NCBI GenBank assembly: GCA_035529175.1
Contig: DATKXG010000262.1
Coordinates: 1 to 46,259 of the forward strand
DNA: 46,259 nucleotides
Origin: Ilumatobacteraceae bacterium
GTDB lineage: Bacteria > Actinomycetota > Acidimicrobiia > Acidimicrobiales > Ilumatobacteraceae
Reading direction: 5' to 3'
In this document: positions 34,171-42,357 of the stretch, in pieces
How the letters are laid out: each line of letters starts with the position of its first letter
Numbering within the stretch: position 1 is the first letter of the stretch
Notes under the pieces: generated by a model
What the model saw: the letters and a program-made list of their open reading frames with translations, nothing else
Told to the model about the DNA's origin: nothing
Database searches by the model: none
Program-made: the position numbers and the translations under genes

Positions 34171-36537
34171 GTGGTGATCTCCGGCGGCCGTCATCATGGC
34201 GACAACGACGACACCGACTCGGATCTCGCCGGGCTGTTGTCGTCGAACGATCGCCCGCACCGCGCGTGGTGGTTGATCCTGCCGATCGTCGCTGTGTCAG
34301 CGGCGCTCGTGGTGTTCGCCGGGATGCGAGCAGGAGCCGACCCCGGTCCCGAGACGATCGGTGTGGTCGTGGGGATCGCGTTGTTGGCACTGGTCGCCAT
34401 CGTGGCAACGGTGCTCGAATCACGCCGGATCGGCCGTCGCTCCCAGCGCACCATCGATGAGCTCTCTCGCACGCAGTCGGAGATCCGCAGGCTGCTCGAC
34501 GACCTCCCGGACGCCGTGATGGGTCTCAACGACCGTGGACTGATCGAATCGGCGAACCAGCGAGCAGCGCTGCTCACCGGGCGAACGATCGACGAACTCG
34601 TCGGCCGTGCGTTCCTCGAGATGATCGGCAGCGACGACCGCGAGTCGGTGACCGAACGATGGCACTTCGACCAAGCGACGCCGGGGGACCTCGACGTCAC
34701 GGGCGACCTGACCGGGCCCATCGGCAACCACGTCGTGTTCGAACTGGTCGATGCCGACGGCGAACCGCATCTCGTCGAGGCATCGCTGCACCGTCCGTCG
34801 GTGACCGACGGTCGGGGCGGTGGACTGGTGGTGTTGCTGCGCGACGTCACCGACCGCGCCCGCACGACCGTGGCGCTCGAACAGGCTCGCCGTCGCTTCC
34901 AGCAGGCGTTCCATTCGGCGCCGACCGGCATGGCGCTGGTGCGACTCGACGACAGCCGCATCGTCGACGCCAACCAGTCGCTGGCCGACATGCTGGCTCG
35001 ACCCCTGTCGTCGTTGGTGGGGATCGGCATCCGTGAGATCACCCATCCCGACGATCTCCGCGCCGCTGCCACGCAGCGGGCCCGCCTCGAGTTGGGCATC
35101 GCCGACACGTATCTGCTGGAGCAGCGGTACGTGCGCAGCGACGGTGCGTTCGTGTGGGCGCGAACCCGGGTGTCGGTGACCGAGGACGAGGGTGTGGCGT
35201 TGGCGATCACCCATATCGAGGACGTCACCGAGCAGCGCATGGTGGCCGAACAGCTGACCCATGCCGCCACGCACGACGGGCTGACCGAGTTGCCCAACCG
35301 CGCCGCGCTCGTCGAACGCCTCGACGAGCTCCTGGCGCGCGCCGATGTGGGGCAGGTGTCGGTGTTGTTCATCGATCTCGACAACTTCAAGATCGTCAAC
35401 GACAGCCTCGGCCACGGTGTGGGCGACGAGCTGTTGCGCCAGGTCGCGAGCCGTCTGCGCCACGTGATGCGCGACACCGACCGCCTGGCTCGTCTCGGCG
35501 GCGACGAGTTCGTCGTATTGGTCGACGGCGGCGTCGACCCCGCCGTGGTCGCCGAGCGGCTGCGACGGGCGGTGCAGCGGCCGATCGTCATCGACGAGCA
35601 CGAGCTGGTCGTGACCGCCAGCATCGGATTCGCCGTCAACTCCAGCAGCGAACTCACCGCAGACGAACTGCTGCGCGACGCCGACGCCGCGATGTACAGG
35701 GCCAAGGCGGCAGGCCGCGACCGGGTCGAGGCGTTCACCGAGGAGACGCGGGCTGCGTCGGTGGCTGCACTGCAGACCTCGAGCGAGCTCCGTCGCGGGC
35801 TCGAGCGTGGTGAGGTCGTGCCGTACTTCCAGCCGATCGTCGATCTCGAAGGCGGCCAGGTCGTCGGCTTCGAGGTGCTGGCTCGTTGGCTGCATCCCGA
35901 TCGCGGGTTGCTACTGCCCGGCCAGTTCCTGCCGATGGCGGAGGAGTCGGGCCTGATCGTCGACCTCGGCGCCGGCATCCTGCGCGACTCGCTCGCACAG
36001 CTCGCGCACTGGCGCGCGGTGGGGCTGCAGTTCGCGTCGTGCTCGCTGTCGATCAACGTCGCGACGCAGCAGCTGATCGACGGCCGGTTCCTCGACGTCG
36101 TTCACGATGCGCTCGGCGAGACCGGCATCGATGCCGACTCGTTGTGGCTGGAGATCACCGAGACCGCCCTGATGGCCGACACCATTGCCGCCGGCCGGGC
36201 GCTGCGGGATCTACGCGGGCTGGGTCTGCACCTGTCGGTCGACGACTTCGGCACCGGCTATTCGTCGTTGACGTATCTCAAGCGGTTCCCGGTCGAGGCC
36301 ATCAAGATCGACCGGTCGTTCGTCACCGGGTTGGGCCTGGAGGCCGACGACACCTCGATCGTCGAAGCGGTCGTCCGGCTCGGGCACTCACTGGGGTTGT
36401 CCGTGGTCGCCGAAGGCGTCGAGACTCCGCTGCAGCTGAACCGGCTGCGCGAGCTGGGCTGCGACAAGGGCCAGGGCTACCTGTTCGGCCGTCCCCGCCC
36501 CGCCGGCATCACCGCCAACGAACGCGCCGACGCCTGA
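34171..36537 (+). CDS. Membrane-anchored PAS-PAS-GGDEF-EAL cyclic-di-GMP turnover protein
   Basis: Two N-terminal TM helices are followed by two PAS-like segments. The GGDEF domain has an intact RLGGDEFVVL, and the EAL domain has FEVLARW, EITE, DDFGTGYSSL, KIDRSF and QGYLFGRP. Confidence 0.92.
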   Translation: MVISGGRHHGDNDDTDSDLAGLLSSNDRPHRAWWLILPIVAVSAALVVFAGMRAGADPGPETIGVVVGIALLALVAIVATVLESRRIGRRSQRTIDELSRTQSEIRRLLDDLPDAVMGLNDRGLIESANQRAALLTGRTIDELVGRAFLEMIGSDDRESVTERWHFDQATPGDLDVTGDLTGPIGNHVVFELVDADGEPHLVEASLHRPSVTDGRGGGLVVLLRDVTDRARTTVALEQARRRFQQAFHSAPTGMALVRLDDSRIVDANQSLADMLARPLSSLVGIGIREITHPDDLRAAATQRARLELGIADTYLLEQRYVRSDGAFVWARTRVSVTEDEGVALAITHIEDVTEQRMVAEQLTHAATHDGLTELPNRAALVERLDELLARADVGQVSVLFIDLDNFKIVNDSLGHGVGDELLRQVASRLRHVMRDTDRLARLGGDEFVVLVDGGVDPAVVAERLRRAVQRPIVIDEHELVVTASIGFAVNSSSELTADELLRDADAAMYRAKAAGRDRVEAFTEETRAASVAALQTSSELRRGLERGEVVPYFQPIVDLEGGQVVGFEVLARWLHPDRGLLLPGQFLPMAEESGLIVDLGAGILRDSLAQLAHWRAVGLQFASCSLSINVATQQLIDGRFLDVVHDALGETGIDADSLWLEITETALMADTIAAGRALRDLRGLGLHLSVDDFGTGYSSLTYLKRFPVEAIKIDRSFVTGLGLEADDTSIVEAVVRLGHSLGLSVVAEGVETPLQLNRLRELGCDKGQGYLFGRPRPAGITANERADA

Positions 36538-36559
36538 CGTCGCCACTCGACCACGAGGC

Positions 36560-36605
36560 GATGAGTTTGCGCGTGGACAGGTCGCGCGGAAACTCATCGC
36601 TCGGT
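36560..36605. repeat. 46-bp hairpin-forming repeat, copy 1
   Basis: GATGAGTTTGCGCG-TGGACAGGT-CGCGCGGAAACTCATC-GCTCGGT has a 14-bp stem with a 2-nt bulge. It lies 23 bp after the GGDEF-EAL stop. Confidence 0.9.
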
Positions 36606-36621
36606 TCGTCGGCTCGGAGGT

Positions 36622-36667
36622 GATGAGTTTGCGCGTGGACGGGTCGCGCGGAAACTCATCGCTCGGT
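36622..36667. repeat. 46-bp hairpin-forming repeat, copy 2
   Basis: It is identical to copy 1 except for one loop base (TGGACGGGT). It is offset by 62 bp and abuts the stop codon of the convergent methyltransferase gene. Confidence 0.9.
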
Positions 36668-37263
36668 CAGGAGCCTTCCTTGCGCGCGCGCAGGACGAGG
36701 GCGGCGGGTGCCGGGCTGTGCGCCGTGGCACCGAGTTCGAGGAGTTGATCGATGCGGAAGTTCGCCCGGGTCAGTGCGGTGAACCACTCGCCGATCGTGC
36801 GGGCGCCGGTGCCGTAGGGATGCTCGGGCGAGATGTCGGCGAACGGATGCGGCATCGAGAGCACGAGGGGCATCCCCGGCTTGAGGATCCGATGTACCTG
36901 GCGAAGGAGCCGCCCGAGGTCGTCGACGCGGTCGATCGTGTGGGCGGCCAGCACCACCTCGCACGATGCGGAGGCGACGTCACCCAGGTCAGCGAGATCG
37001 GTCTCGAGGCACTGGACCTGGAGCTCCGCCGCCGTCGCACGGCGGCGGGTCTCGGCGATGCGTTCGACGTCGGTGTCGATGGCGATCGACTTCGCGCCGG
37101 CGCGAGCGAATGCCACCGAGTTGAACCACGGTGAGATGCCGAGCTCGATGGCGCGTCGGCCGTCGCCCACCTCCCCACACAGTCGGAGTTCGTCGTCGCC
37201 CGGCGTGCCGGGCCCGTAGTTGATGTCAGCGACCACGACCCCAGTGTGCCCGCTGGACGCCAT
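36667..37263 (-). CDS. Class I SAM-dependent methyltransferase
   Basis: From ATG 37263: ...RRAIELGISPWFNSVAFARAGAKSIAIDTD (motif I / post-I) and HRILKPGMPLVLSM (motif IV region). The upstream 140 aa of the ORF-track model overlap the divergent DUF5318 gene and are rejected. Confidence 0.75.
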   Translation of the reverse strand: MASSGHTGVVVADINYGPGTPGDDELRLCGEVGDGRRAIELGISPWFNSVAFARAGAKSIAIDTDVERIAETRRRATAAELQVQCLETDLADLGDVASASCEVVLAAHTIDRVDDLGRLLRQVHRILKPGMPLVLSMPHPFADISPEHPYGTGARTIGEWFTALTRANFRIDQLLELGATAHSPAPAALVLRARKEGS

Positions 37264-37323
37264 GTCGTCGGGGATCGGTTGGCGATCAGCGCGCCGCTGC
37301 ACGAGCCGGTAGTGTCGGCGGCC

Positions 37324-37740
37324 ATGGCGTTCACGGTCGGCGCACTTCGTGGGTCGGATGGATCGCGGGGCCTGGTCGATCACCGGCTGGCCCGTCGAAT
37401 GCTGATCAGCCAGGTGAAGAAGGGCCGTGTTCCGCTCGACCAGGTGTGCGACGCGCATCCTGAATTGATCCGCGCCGCTCGCAATGTCGGGACGCAGACC
37501 TCGACGCTGTGTCCCATCTGCGAGGAGTCGGACCTCAAGCTGGTCACCTATGTGTTCGGGCCCCGCCTGTCGGCGCAGGGCCGTTGCGTGTCGACGGCCA
37601 AGGAGATGCGCCAGCTCAACGACCGGGCCGAGGAGCTGAGCGCCTACGTCGTCGAGGCGTGCGTCGAGTGCCGTTGGAACCATCTGCTGAGAGTCATCCC
37701 GGTCGGCGGGCGACGCTCAGCGGCGCGCGCCACTCGATGA
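37324..37740 (+). CDS. DUF5318-like zinc-ribbon protein
   Basis: From ATG 37324: VDHRLARRMLISQVKKGRVPLDQVCDAHPELIRAA...CPICEES...YVVEACVECRWNHL. The two CxxC pairs and the overall pattern are typical of this actinobacterial family. Confidence 0.7.
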   Translation: MAFTVGALRGSDGSRGLVDHRLARRMLISQVKKGRVPLDQVCDAHPELIRAARNVGTQTSTLCPICEESDLKLVTYVFGPRLSAQGRCVSTAKEMRQLNDRAEELSAYVVEACVECRWNHLLRVIPVGGRRSAARATR

Positions 37741-38339
37741 CCGGACCGTCGACGGCGCGGCGTCTTGCCGTCGCGGCGATCGCGGCGATCGCGGTGGTCG
37801 CGGTGGTCGCGCTGGCAGCGTGTGCGAGCGATCCCGACCCGGCGAGCTCGGAGGCAGACACGCCTGATCCGACGACAACCGACCCGACAGCCGAGGCGGG
37901 CCGGCAACCCGAGGGGTTCACGACGATCCAGGCACTGATCACCGAGACCGACGGCGAGGTGTGCGAGGTCTGCCTGTGGCTCGCCGACGACTCGGCCGAA
38001 CGCGGTCGCGGGCTGATGGGCGTCACCGACCTCGGTGATCCGGTCGGGATGGCGTTCCGGTTCGACGAACCGACCGCGGGCTCGTTCTACATGTTCCAGA
38101 CGCCGACCCCGCTCTCGATCGCCTGGTTCGGTCGCAACGGTTCCCACGTCGGATCGGCTGACATGCCGCCGTGTCTGGACAGGCCGGCAGGCGAGTGCCC
38201 CTTGTATTCGCCGGGCGCCGAGTACGACCTCGCCATCGAGGTGTTCGAGGGCGGTCTGGAGGCGTTGGGTCTGGTCCCCGGATCGCGAGTGGAGCTCGTC
38301 GAGGGCTCCGAGTCCGAGCGCTGCCCCGAGGCCGGCTGA
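37737..38339 (+). CDS. DUF192 domain lipoprotein
   Basis: ATG 37737 overlaps the upstream stop (ATGA). The signal plus lipobox is VVALAAC. The DUF192 core is AERGRGLMGVTDLGDPVGMAFRFDEP...FYMFQTPTPLSIAWF...CPLYSPGAEYDLAIEV. Confidence 0.8.
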   Translation: MTGPSTARRLAVAAIAAIAVVAVVALAACASDPDPASSEADTPDPTTTDPTAEAGRQPEGFTTIQALITETDGEVCEVCLWLADDSAERGRGLMGVTDLGDPVGMAFRFDEPTAGSFYMFQTPTPLSIAWFGRNGSHVGSADMPPCLDRPAGECPLYSPGAEYDLAIEVFEGGLEALGLVPGSRVELVEGSESERCPEAG

Positions 38340-38352
38340 TCCCGGCCGGGGG

Positions 38353-39084
38353 TCATGGCGGCGAGGCCTGCGTGTTCACGGGAGCCGCAGCGATCTCGCC
38401 ACAGTCGCCGGCGAGGAAGGAGTGCAGGAGGTCGGTACCCGCGCGGCGGGCTGCCTTCAGGTGCTGGCCCTTCTGGGTCGTCGCGTCAGCGTCAGGACTG
38501 TTGGTCACGAACTTCAGCCCGGCCAGCGGGACGTCGAGCTCCGCGCACAGCCAGGCGATCGAGTAGAGCTCGTACTCCTCGATGTCTCCCGTGAGCCACA
38601 TCGGCCAGTGCCGATCGTGTGGCGTGGAATAGCGCCCCCCGCTGAAACACGTGACCGGCGGACCCGACCACGCCGTCGGGGTGGCGAGCTCGAGCGGCGC
38701 GTTGGCGTACTCCCATCCACGAAAGTTGAAGAAAAGGTCCCACTGTCGCGAGAACCGGACGAAGTACGCACGCTCGAGTCCGGTCCCGTCAGACCAGCCG
38801 TACCGGCCGCACGATCCGAAATTGACCACTTGGGCGAACTGCAGGTCATCGGGAGGACGCAGGAGGAATCGGGCGGTCACCGCAGCGATCGCCGGGCCAC
38901 CCGAGCCCGTGACCACCACGACGAGGTCACCGAACCTCCACGCCATCTGCTCGTTCGAACCGCTTGCCGGCACTCGCCAGAACGGCACGGAGCCCGCCGG
39001 CACGAGATCCGACGCCTCGTCTTGATCGGCGATCACGACGAGTGTGGGCCGGTCCACCGACGGCGGGGCCCCGGATCGGGTCAC
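38353..39084 (-). CDS. Phosphorylase-superfamily (PNP_UDP_1 fold) protein, MTA/SAH-nucleosidase- or futalosine-hydrolase-like
   Basis: VVVVTGSGGPAIAAVTA (cf. GIGKVAAA), VVNFGSCGRYG (cf. NTGSAGG) and GDIEEYELYSIAWLCAELDVPLAGLKFVTN (cf. VEMEATAIAHVC..VPFVVVRAISD) match the family. GTG 39084 overlaps the upstream stop (GTGA). Confidence 0.65.
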   Translation of the reverse strand: MTRSGAPPSVDRPTLVVIADQDEASDLVPAGSVPFWRVPASGSNEQMAWRFGDLVVVVTGSGGPAIAAVTARFLLRPPDDLQFAQVVNFGSCGRYGWSDGTGLERAYFVRFSRQWDLFFNFRGWEYANAPLELATPTAWSGPPVTCFSGGRYSTPHDRHWPMWLTGDIEEYELYSIAWLCAELDVPLAGLKFVTNSPDADATTQKGQHLKAARRAGTDLLHSFLAGDCGEIAAAPVNTQASPP

Positions 39085-40106
39085 GTCGCGACGGCCCGGA
39101 ACAGTGGCCCGGCGTGGCGCCCATCACCGATCGGGATCTTCGTGAGCGCCCGCCCCTGGTACTCGAGCTGGTACATCAGCGGCACCGCGTCGATCAGGCG
39201 CTGCTGGTCACCGTTGAGCCCGGCCTCGAGCGACGCCAGCACCTCTTGGTAGGTGCCGTCACAGATCTCGATCAGCCGGACGATCTCCGGGTCCAACTCG
39301 TCGGACTCGACTCGCTCACGCAGACGCGGGTCGATGTGACGAACGGCGCTCGTGTCGACGAGAATCGGAGGACCACTCGGGAAGTGTGGGCGATCGCCGG
39401 GCCGGTACTGCCGCCCTTCCACGATCTCGTCGAAGCGGTAGTAGTGCGCGAGTTCACGTCGCTCGCCGAACAACAGGTGGTCACCGTCCCACACGGTCTC
39501 GTCGACGCCCTCACCCTGGGCGACGATCTCGGCGAGGGCGAGCATCGCCGTATCGAGGTCGGTCACGACGACCGTCTGACCGCCCCCGCCGTAGTACGCA
39601 GTGTGAGGCTCGACCTGGCAGCCCAGGTTGACCCCGCGTTCGAACAGATCGGCACCGAGGGACTCGAAGCCCTCGGCGATGGCCGCGTAGAACTGGCCGA
39701 TCGTGTCGAAGTGATCTGGCTGCGATGACGCTTCGTGGGCGGCGGGCTGCTCGATCGAGCAGAACAACTTCAAGGCCTTGGGACCGAACGAGCGAAGGCG
39801 CATCTCGATGCCGTCGCTGTGCCGGAGCACACCCGGGTACGACGGCGCAGCGGTTCCCGTGACCTTCGGTCCCTGGCCGTTGCCGCGGACTGCGTGCAGC
39901 AGGTTGGCCGCGAGGCACATGTGCAGCATCTCCTCCATGACGACCGACCGCAACAGCTGCTGCACCTCGCGGTTCTTGCCCTCCTCGATCGAGAACAATG
40001 CGGTCAGGTAGAGCGGAATGGTGCTCAGCTCCAGTTCGATCGCCCACTGGAGATGGCGACAGAGATCCTCACGGGTCTCGATGTGGCGGGGTGACGGCGA
40101 CATCAT
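39081..40106 (-). CDS. Ferritin-like (VioB/RebD-type ferritin-like domain) putative di-iron protein
   Basis: From ATG 40106: LQWAIELELSTIPLYLTALFSI, then VVMEEMLHMCLAANLL (ExxH) and RRELAHYYRF (second ExxH). The 202 N-terminal residues of the 543-aa ORF lie inside the GMC gene in another frame and are rejected. Confidence 0.7.
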   Translation of the reverse strand: MMSPSPRHIETREDLCRHLQWAIELELSTIPLYLTALFSIEEGKNREVQQLLRSVVMEEMLHMCLAANLLHAVRGNGQGPKVTGTAAPSYPGVLRHSDGIEMRLRSFGPKALKLFCSIEQPAAHEASSQPDHFDTIGQFYAAIAEGFESLGADLFERGVNLGCQVEPHTAYYGGGGQTVVVTDLDTAMLALAEIVAQGEGVDETVWDGDHLLFGERRELAHYYRFDEIVEGRQYRPGDRPHFPSGPPILVDTSAVRHIDPRLRERVESDELDPEIVRLIEICDGTYQEVLASLEAGLNGDQQRLIDAVPLMYQLEYQGRALTKIPIGDGRHAGPLFRAVAT

Positions 40107-41905
40107 CGCTTCCCGAGGTCGTTGAGGATCGCTCGCGAGGCCCGGTACACCAACGCTGCCATCGTGAGCGACGGGTTCGACGTACCGATCGTCGGCATGC
40201 TGCCGCAGCCCACGAGGAACAGGTTCTCGTGGTCCCACGACCGCAGGTCGGTGTCGGTCACCGAGGTCGTCGGGTCGGCGCCCAGGCGGTGTGTGCCGAC
40301 GATGTGTCCGGCGCCGTGGAACGACAACGACTCGTGTCGGTGCGTCATGTAGCCGGGATCGCCGGGGTGATACGCCGTGAACTCTTCGATCTCGAGTCGG
40401 TCGTAGACCTGGCGCGTGAACTCGCGTGCGGCGACCATGCCGTTGCGCGTGTAGGCGTCCACGTCGTAGTCGATGACGGGTCGGGGTGCGCCGAGCGCAT
40501 CGACGTACCGGCGGTCGATCGTGACGCGATTGCGTGGATCGGGGAGCTGCTCGACGAGGAATCCGAAGCGGGTCTGGCGCGGCAGCTCGTTCGCAAGCGA
40601 CGCCCGCAACTCCGAGCCGTACTTGCCCTCCAAGCGGACCATGCGCTCCACGTCGCTGCCGGGCGAGAACGCAGCGAACGTCCAGCCCCAGTTGGTCAGG
40701 TCCGTACGCCACGCCGCCCGGCGCGACCGGAAGTCACCGTCGCGGAGTGACGGGATCCCCGATGTCAGCCCGGGTCCGCGATACGAGCCGAGGTTCTCCG
40801 GCGCGAGTCCCCACGTGAGGAGGTACGGATGGTCCATCAGATTTCGTCCGACCTGGTCGCTGCTGTTCGCCGCATCGGACGCGAGCAACAGCTTGGCGGT
40901 CTCGATCGCGTGCGCCGCGATGACGTACACCTCTGCCGTCACGACCTCGGGTGTGCCCACGGGAGGGATGCTCGCGGGGTCGTATGCGGTGACTTCCAGC
41001 CCGGTCACCTTCGTGCGGTCGGCACTCAGCTGGACCCTGGTGACGATCGACTGCGTGCGGATGTCGATCAATTCCTGCGGCGCGGTCGCCCACGTCTTGC
41101 CCGCGTTCCACTTCGCCTGCACCGGACAGATCGGAGTGCACGACGCGTTGCCCTCACAGCGCTCCCCGACACCGGGCGCACCGGGCGCACCGATCGGTGT
41201 GTAACCCCGGCCACCGTCGTAGTCGGCGTTGGGGATGCTGTTGCGCGAGTGGGCCAGCGGCTTGAACGCGATCTCGAGTTCGTCGCCGTCGAGCGTGACC
41301 GTCGTGCCGTCGAGGTGCTTGCCGAACCACTTGTCCTGGTAGCTGGGCGGGATGCGGTGCATCGGGAAGACGTAGCCGTCGCGGAAACCGATCCCGTGAA
41401 ACGTCTGGTCCTCGACCTCGGCGGCCACGCCGAGTTCGAACTCGGCTGCCTCGTAGTCGGCGTTCATCTCCTGGTACGGGATCGCCCAGTCGACGCCGAC
41501 GCCGTAGCGAGATTGCATCTCGAAGTCGGCCGGGACCATTCGGAACGACATGCCGAGCCAGTGCAGGCTCGTACCCGATCGCTCTCGCTGGTAGTTGCTC
41601 GAGAACGGCAACGGGCCGTTCTGGACCATGTACCCACTCGTGTTCGGCTCCCCCTCCTCGATCTTGGCGAGTTCGAGCACCGACGGCGCCGGCGCGTACT
41701 GGTTCGGCAGGTACGGCGAGTTCGGCGTCTTGAACGGGTTCTCGTGGAAGTACCGGACGTTGCTCTCGTAGTCCTCGGCGGTGGCGCCCGTGGCGTTGCC
41801 TGCTTCGAGGACGAGGACCCGGCAGCCATGTTCTGCGAGACGCTTGGCCATCAACGCGCCGACGAACCCGGCCCCGACGATGGCGACGTCGTAGTCGGCG
41901 CTCAC
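40103..41905 (-). CDS. GMC family FAD-dependent oxidoreductase (sugar/polyol dehydrogenase large-subunit type)
   Basis: From GTG 41905: VSADYDVAIVGAGFVGALMAKRLAEHGCRVLVLEAG (FAD GxGxxG). The C-terminal GMC motif is HGAGHIVGTHRLG...VTDTDLRSWDHENLFLVGCGSMPT. Confidence 0.88.
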   Translation of the reverse strand: MSADYDVAIVGAGFVGALMAKRLAEHGCRVLVLEAGNATGATAEDYESNVRYFHENPFKTPNSPYLPNQYAPAPSVLELAKIEEGEPNTSGYMVQNGPLPFSSNYQRERSGTSLHWLGMSFRMVPADFEMQSRYGVGVDWAIPYQEMNADYEAAEFELGVAAEVEDQTFHGIGFRDGYVFPMHRIPPSYQDKWFGKHLDGTTVTLDGDELEIAFKPLAHSRNSIPNADYDGGRGYTPIGAPGAPGVGERCEGNASCTPICPVQAKWNAGKTWATAPQELIDIRTQSIVTRVQLSADRTKVTGLEVTAYDPASIPPVGTPEVVTAEVYVIAAHAIETAKLLLASDAANSSDQVGRNLMDHPYLLTWGLAPENLGSYRGPGLTSGIPSLRDGDFRSRRAAWRTDLTNWGWTFAAFSPGSDVERMVRLEGKYGSELRASLANELPRQTRFGFLVEQLPDPRNRVTIDRRYVDALGAPRPVIDYDVDAYTRNGMVAAREFTRQVYDRLEIEEFTAYHPGDPGYMTHRHESLSFHGAGHIVGTHRLGADPTTSVTDTDLRSWDHENLFLVGCGSMPTIGTSNPSLTMAALVYRASRAILNDLGKR

Positions 41906-42357
41906 AGCGACACCTGTGTCTCGGTGCCCCATCCGTACGAGCCCCTGCCCGGCGGCAGCGACCACGAGCCGAATCCCGGCTGTTTTGCCGCCTGTGGGTG
42001 GCTGCCGATCGTCGGCCAGACGAGCCCTTCGGTGTAGGCCTCGGCGGACACCACCTTGCTGACGTCGGCGGCGCTGGCGCCGTGCTCGCTCCGCCATTCC
42101 GGGGGCAGCTGATCCCACTGCCCGAGGTACCACATCACGATGATGTTCCTGCAGAGCGGTCCGAACCGGGAGTGCTCCAGCAGGTGCTCGACGGGAAGGT
42201 CGGACGCTGCGAGCAGTGCGGTCACGTGGTGATCACCAACGATCGCGAGGAGTGTCGCGAGGTATGTGTCGATCATGCCCGTCCCGGCGAGCTCCGCCGT
42301 CGTGAAGCCCGTGAGTCGGGATGACAATGCGGAGAACTCGCTGGCGCCGGATCTCAT
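41902..42357 (-). CDS. Sugar dehydrogenase complex small subunit (FAD-SLDH / sorbitol dehydrogenase small-subunit-like)
   Basis: FSALSSRLTGFTTAELAGTGMIDTYLATLL...NIIVMWYLGQWDQLP...VVSAEAYTEGLVWPTIGSHPQAAKQPGFGSWSLPP follows the pattern of the small subunits that partner GMC flavoproteins. No Tat or Sec signal is visible. Confidence 0.6.
   Translation of the reverse strand: MRSGASEFSALSSRLTGFTTAELAGTGMIDTYLATLLAIVGDHHVTALLAASDLPVEHLLEHSRFGPLCRNIIVMWYLGQWDQLPPEWRSEHGASAADVSKVVSAEAYTEGLVWPTIGSHPQAAKQPGFGSWSLPPGRGSYGWGTETQVSL

Noticed and set aside
34194-36056. 620-aa and 491-aa minus-strand ORFs
   Set aside because: They lie antisense to the PAS-GGDEF-EAL gene. They are Ser/Arg-rich shadow frames with no motifs.
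40107-40712. N-terminal 202 aa of the 543-aa ORF 39081..40712
   Set aside because: It lies inside the GMC oxidoreductase coding region in a different frame and is Arg-rich nonsense. ATG 40106 gives a clean ATGA junction and a sensible ferritin-like N-terminus.
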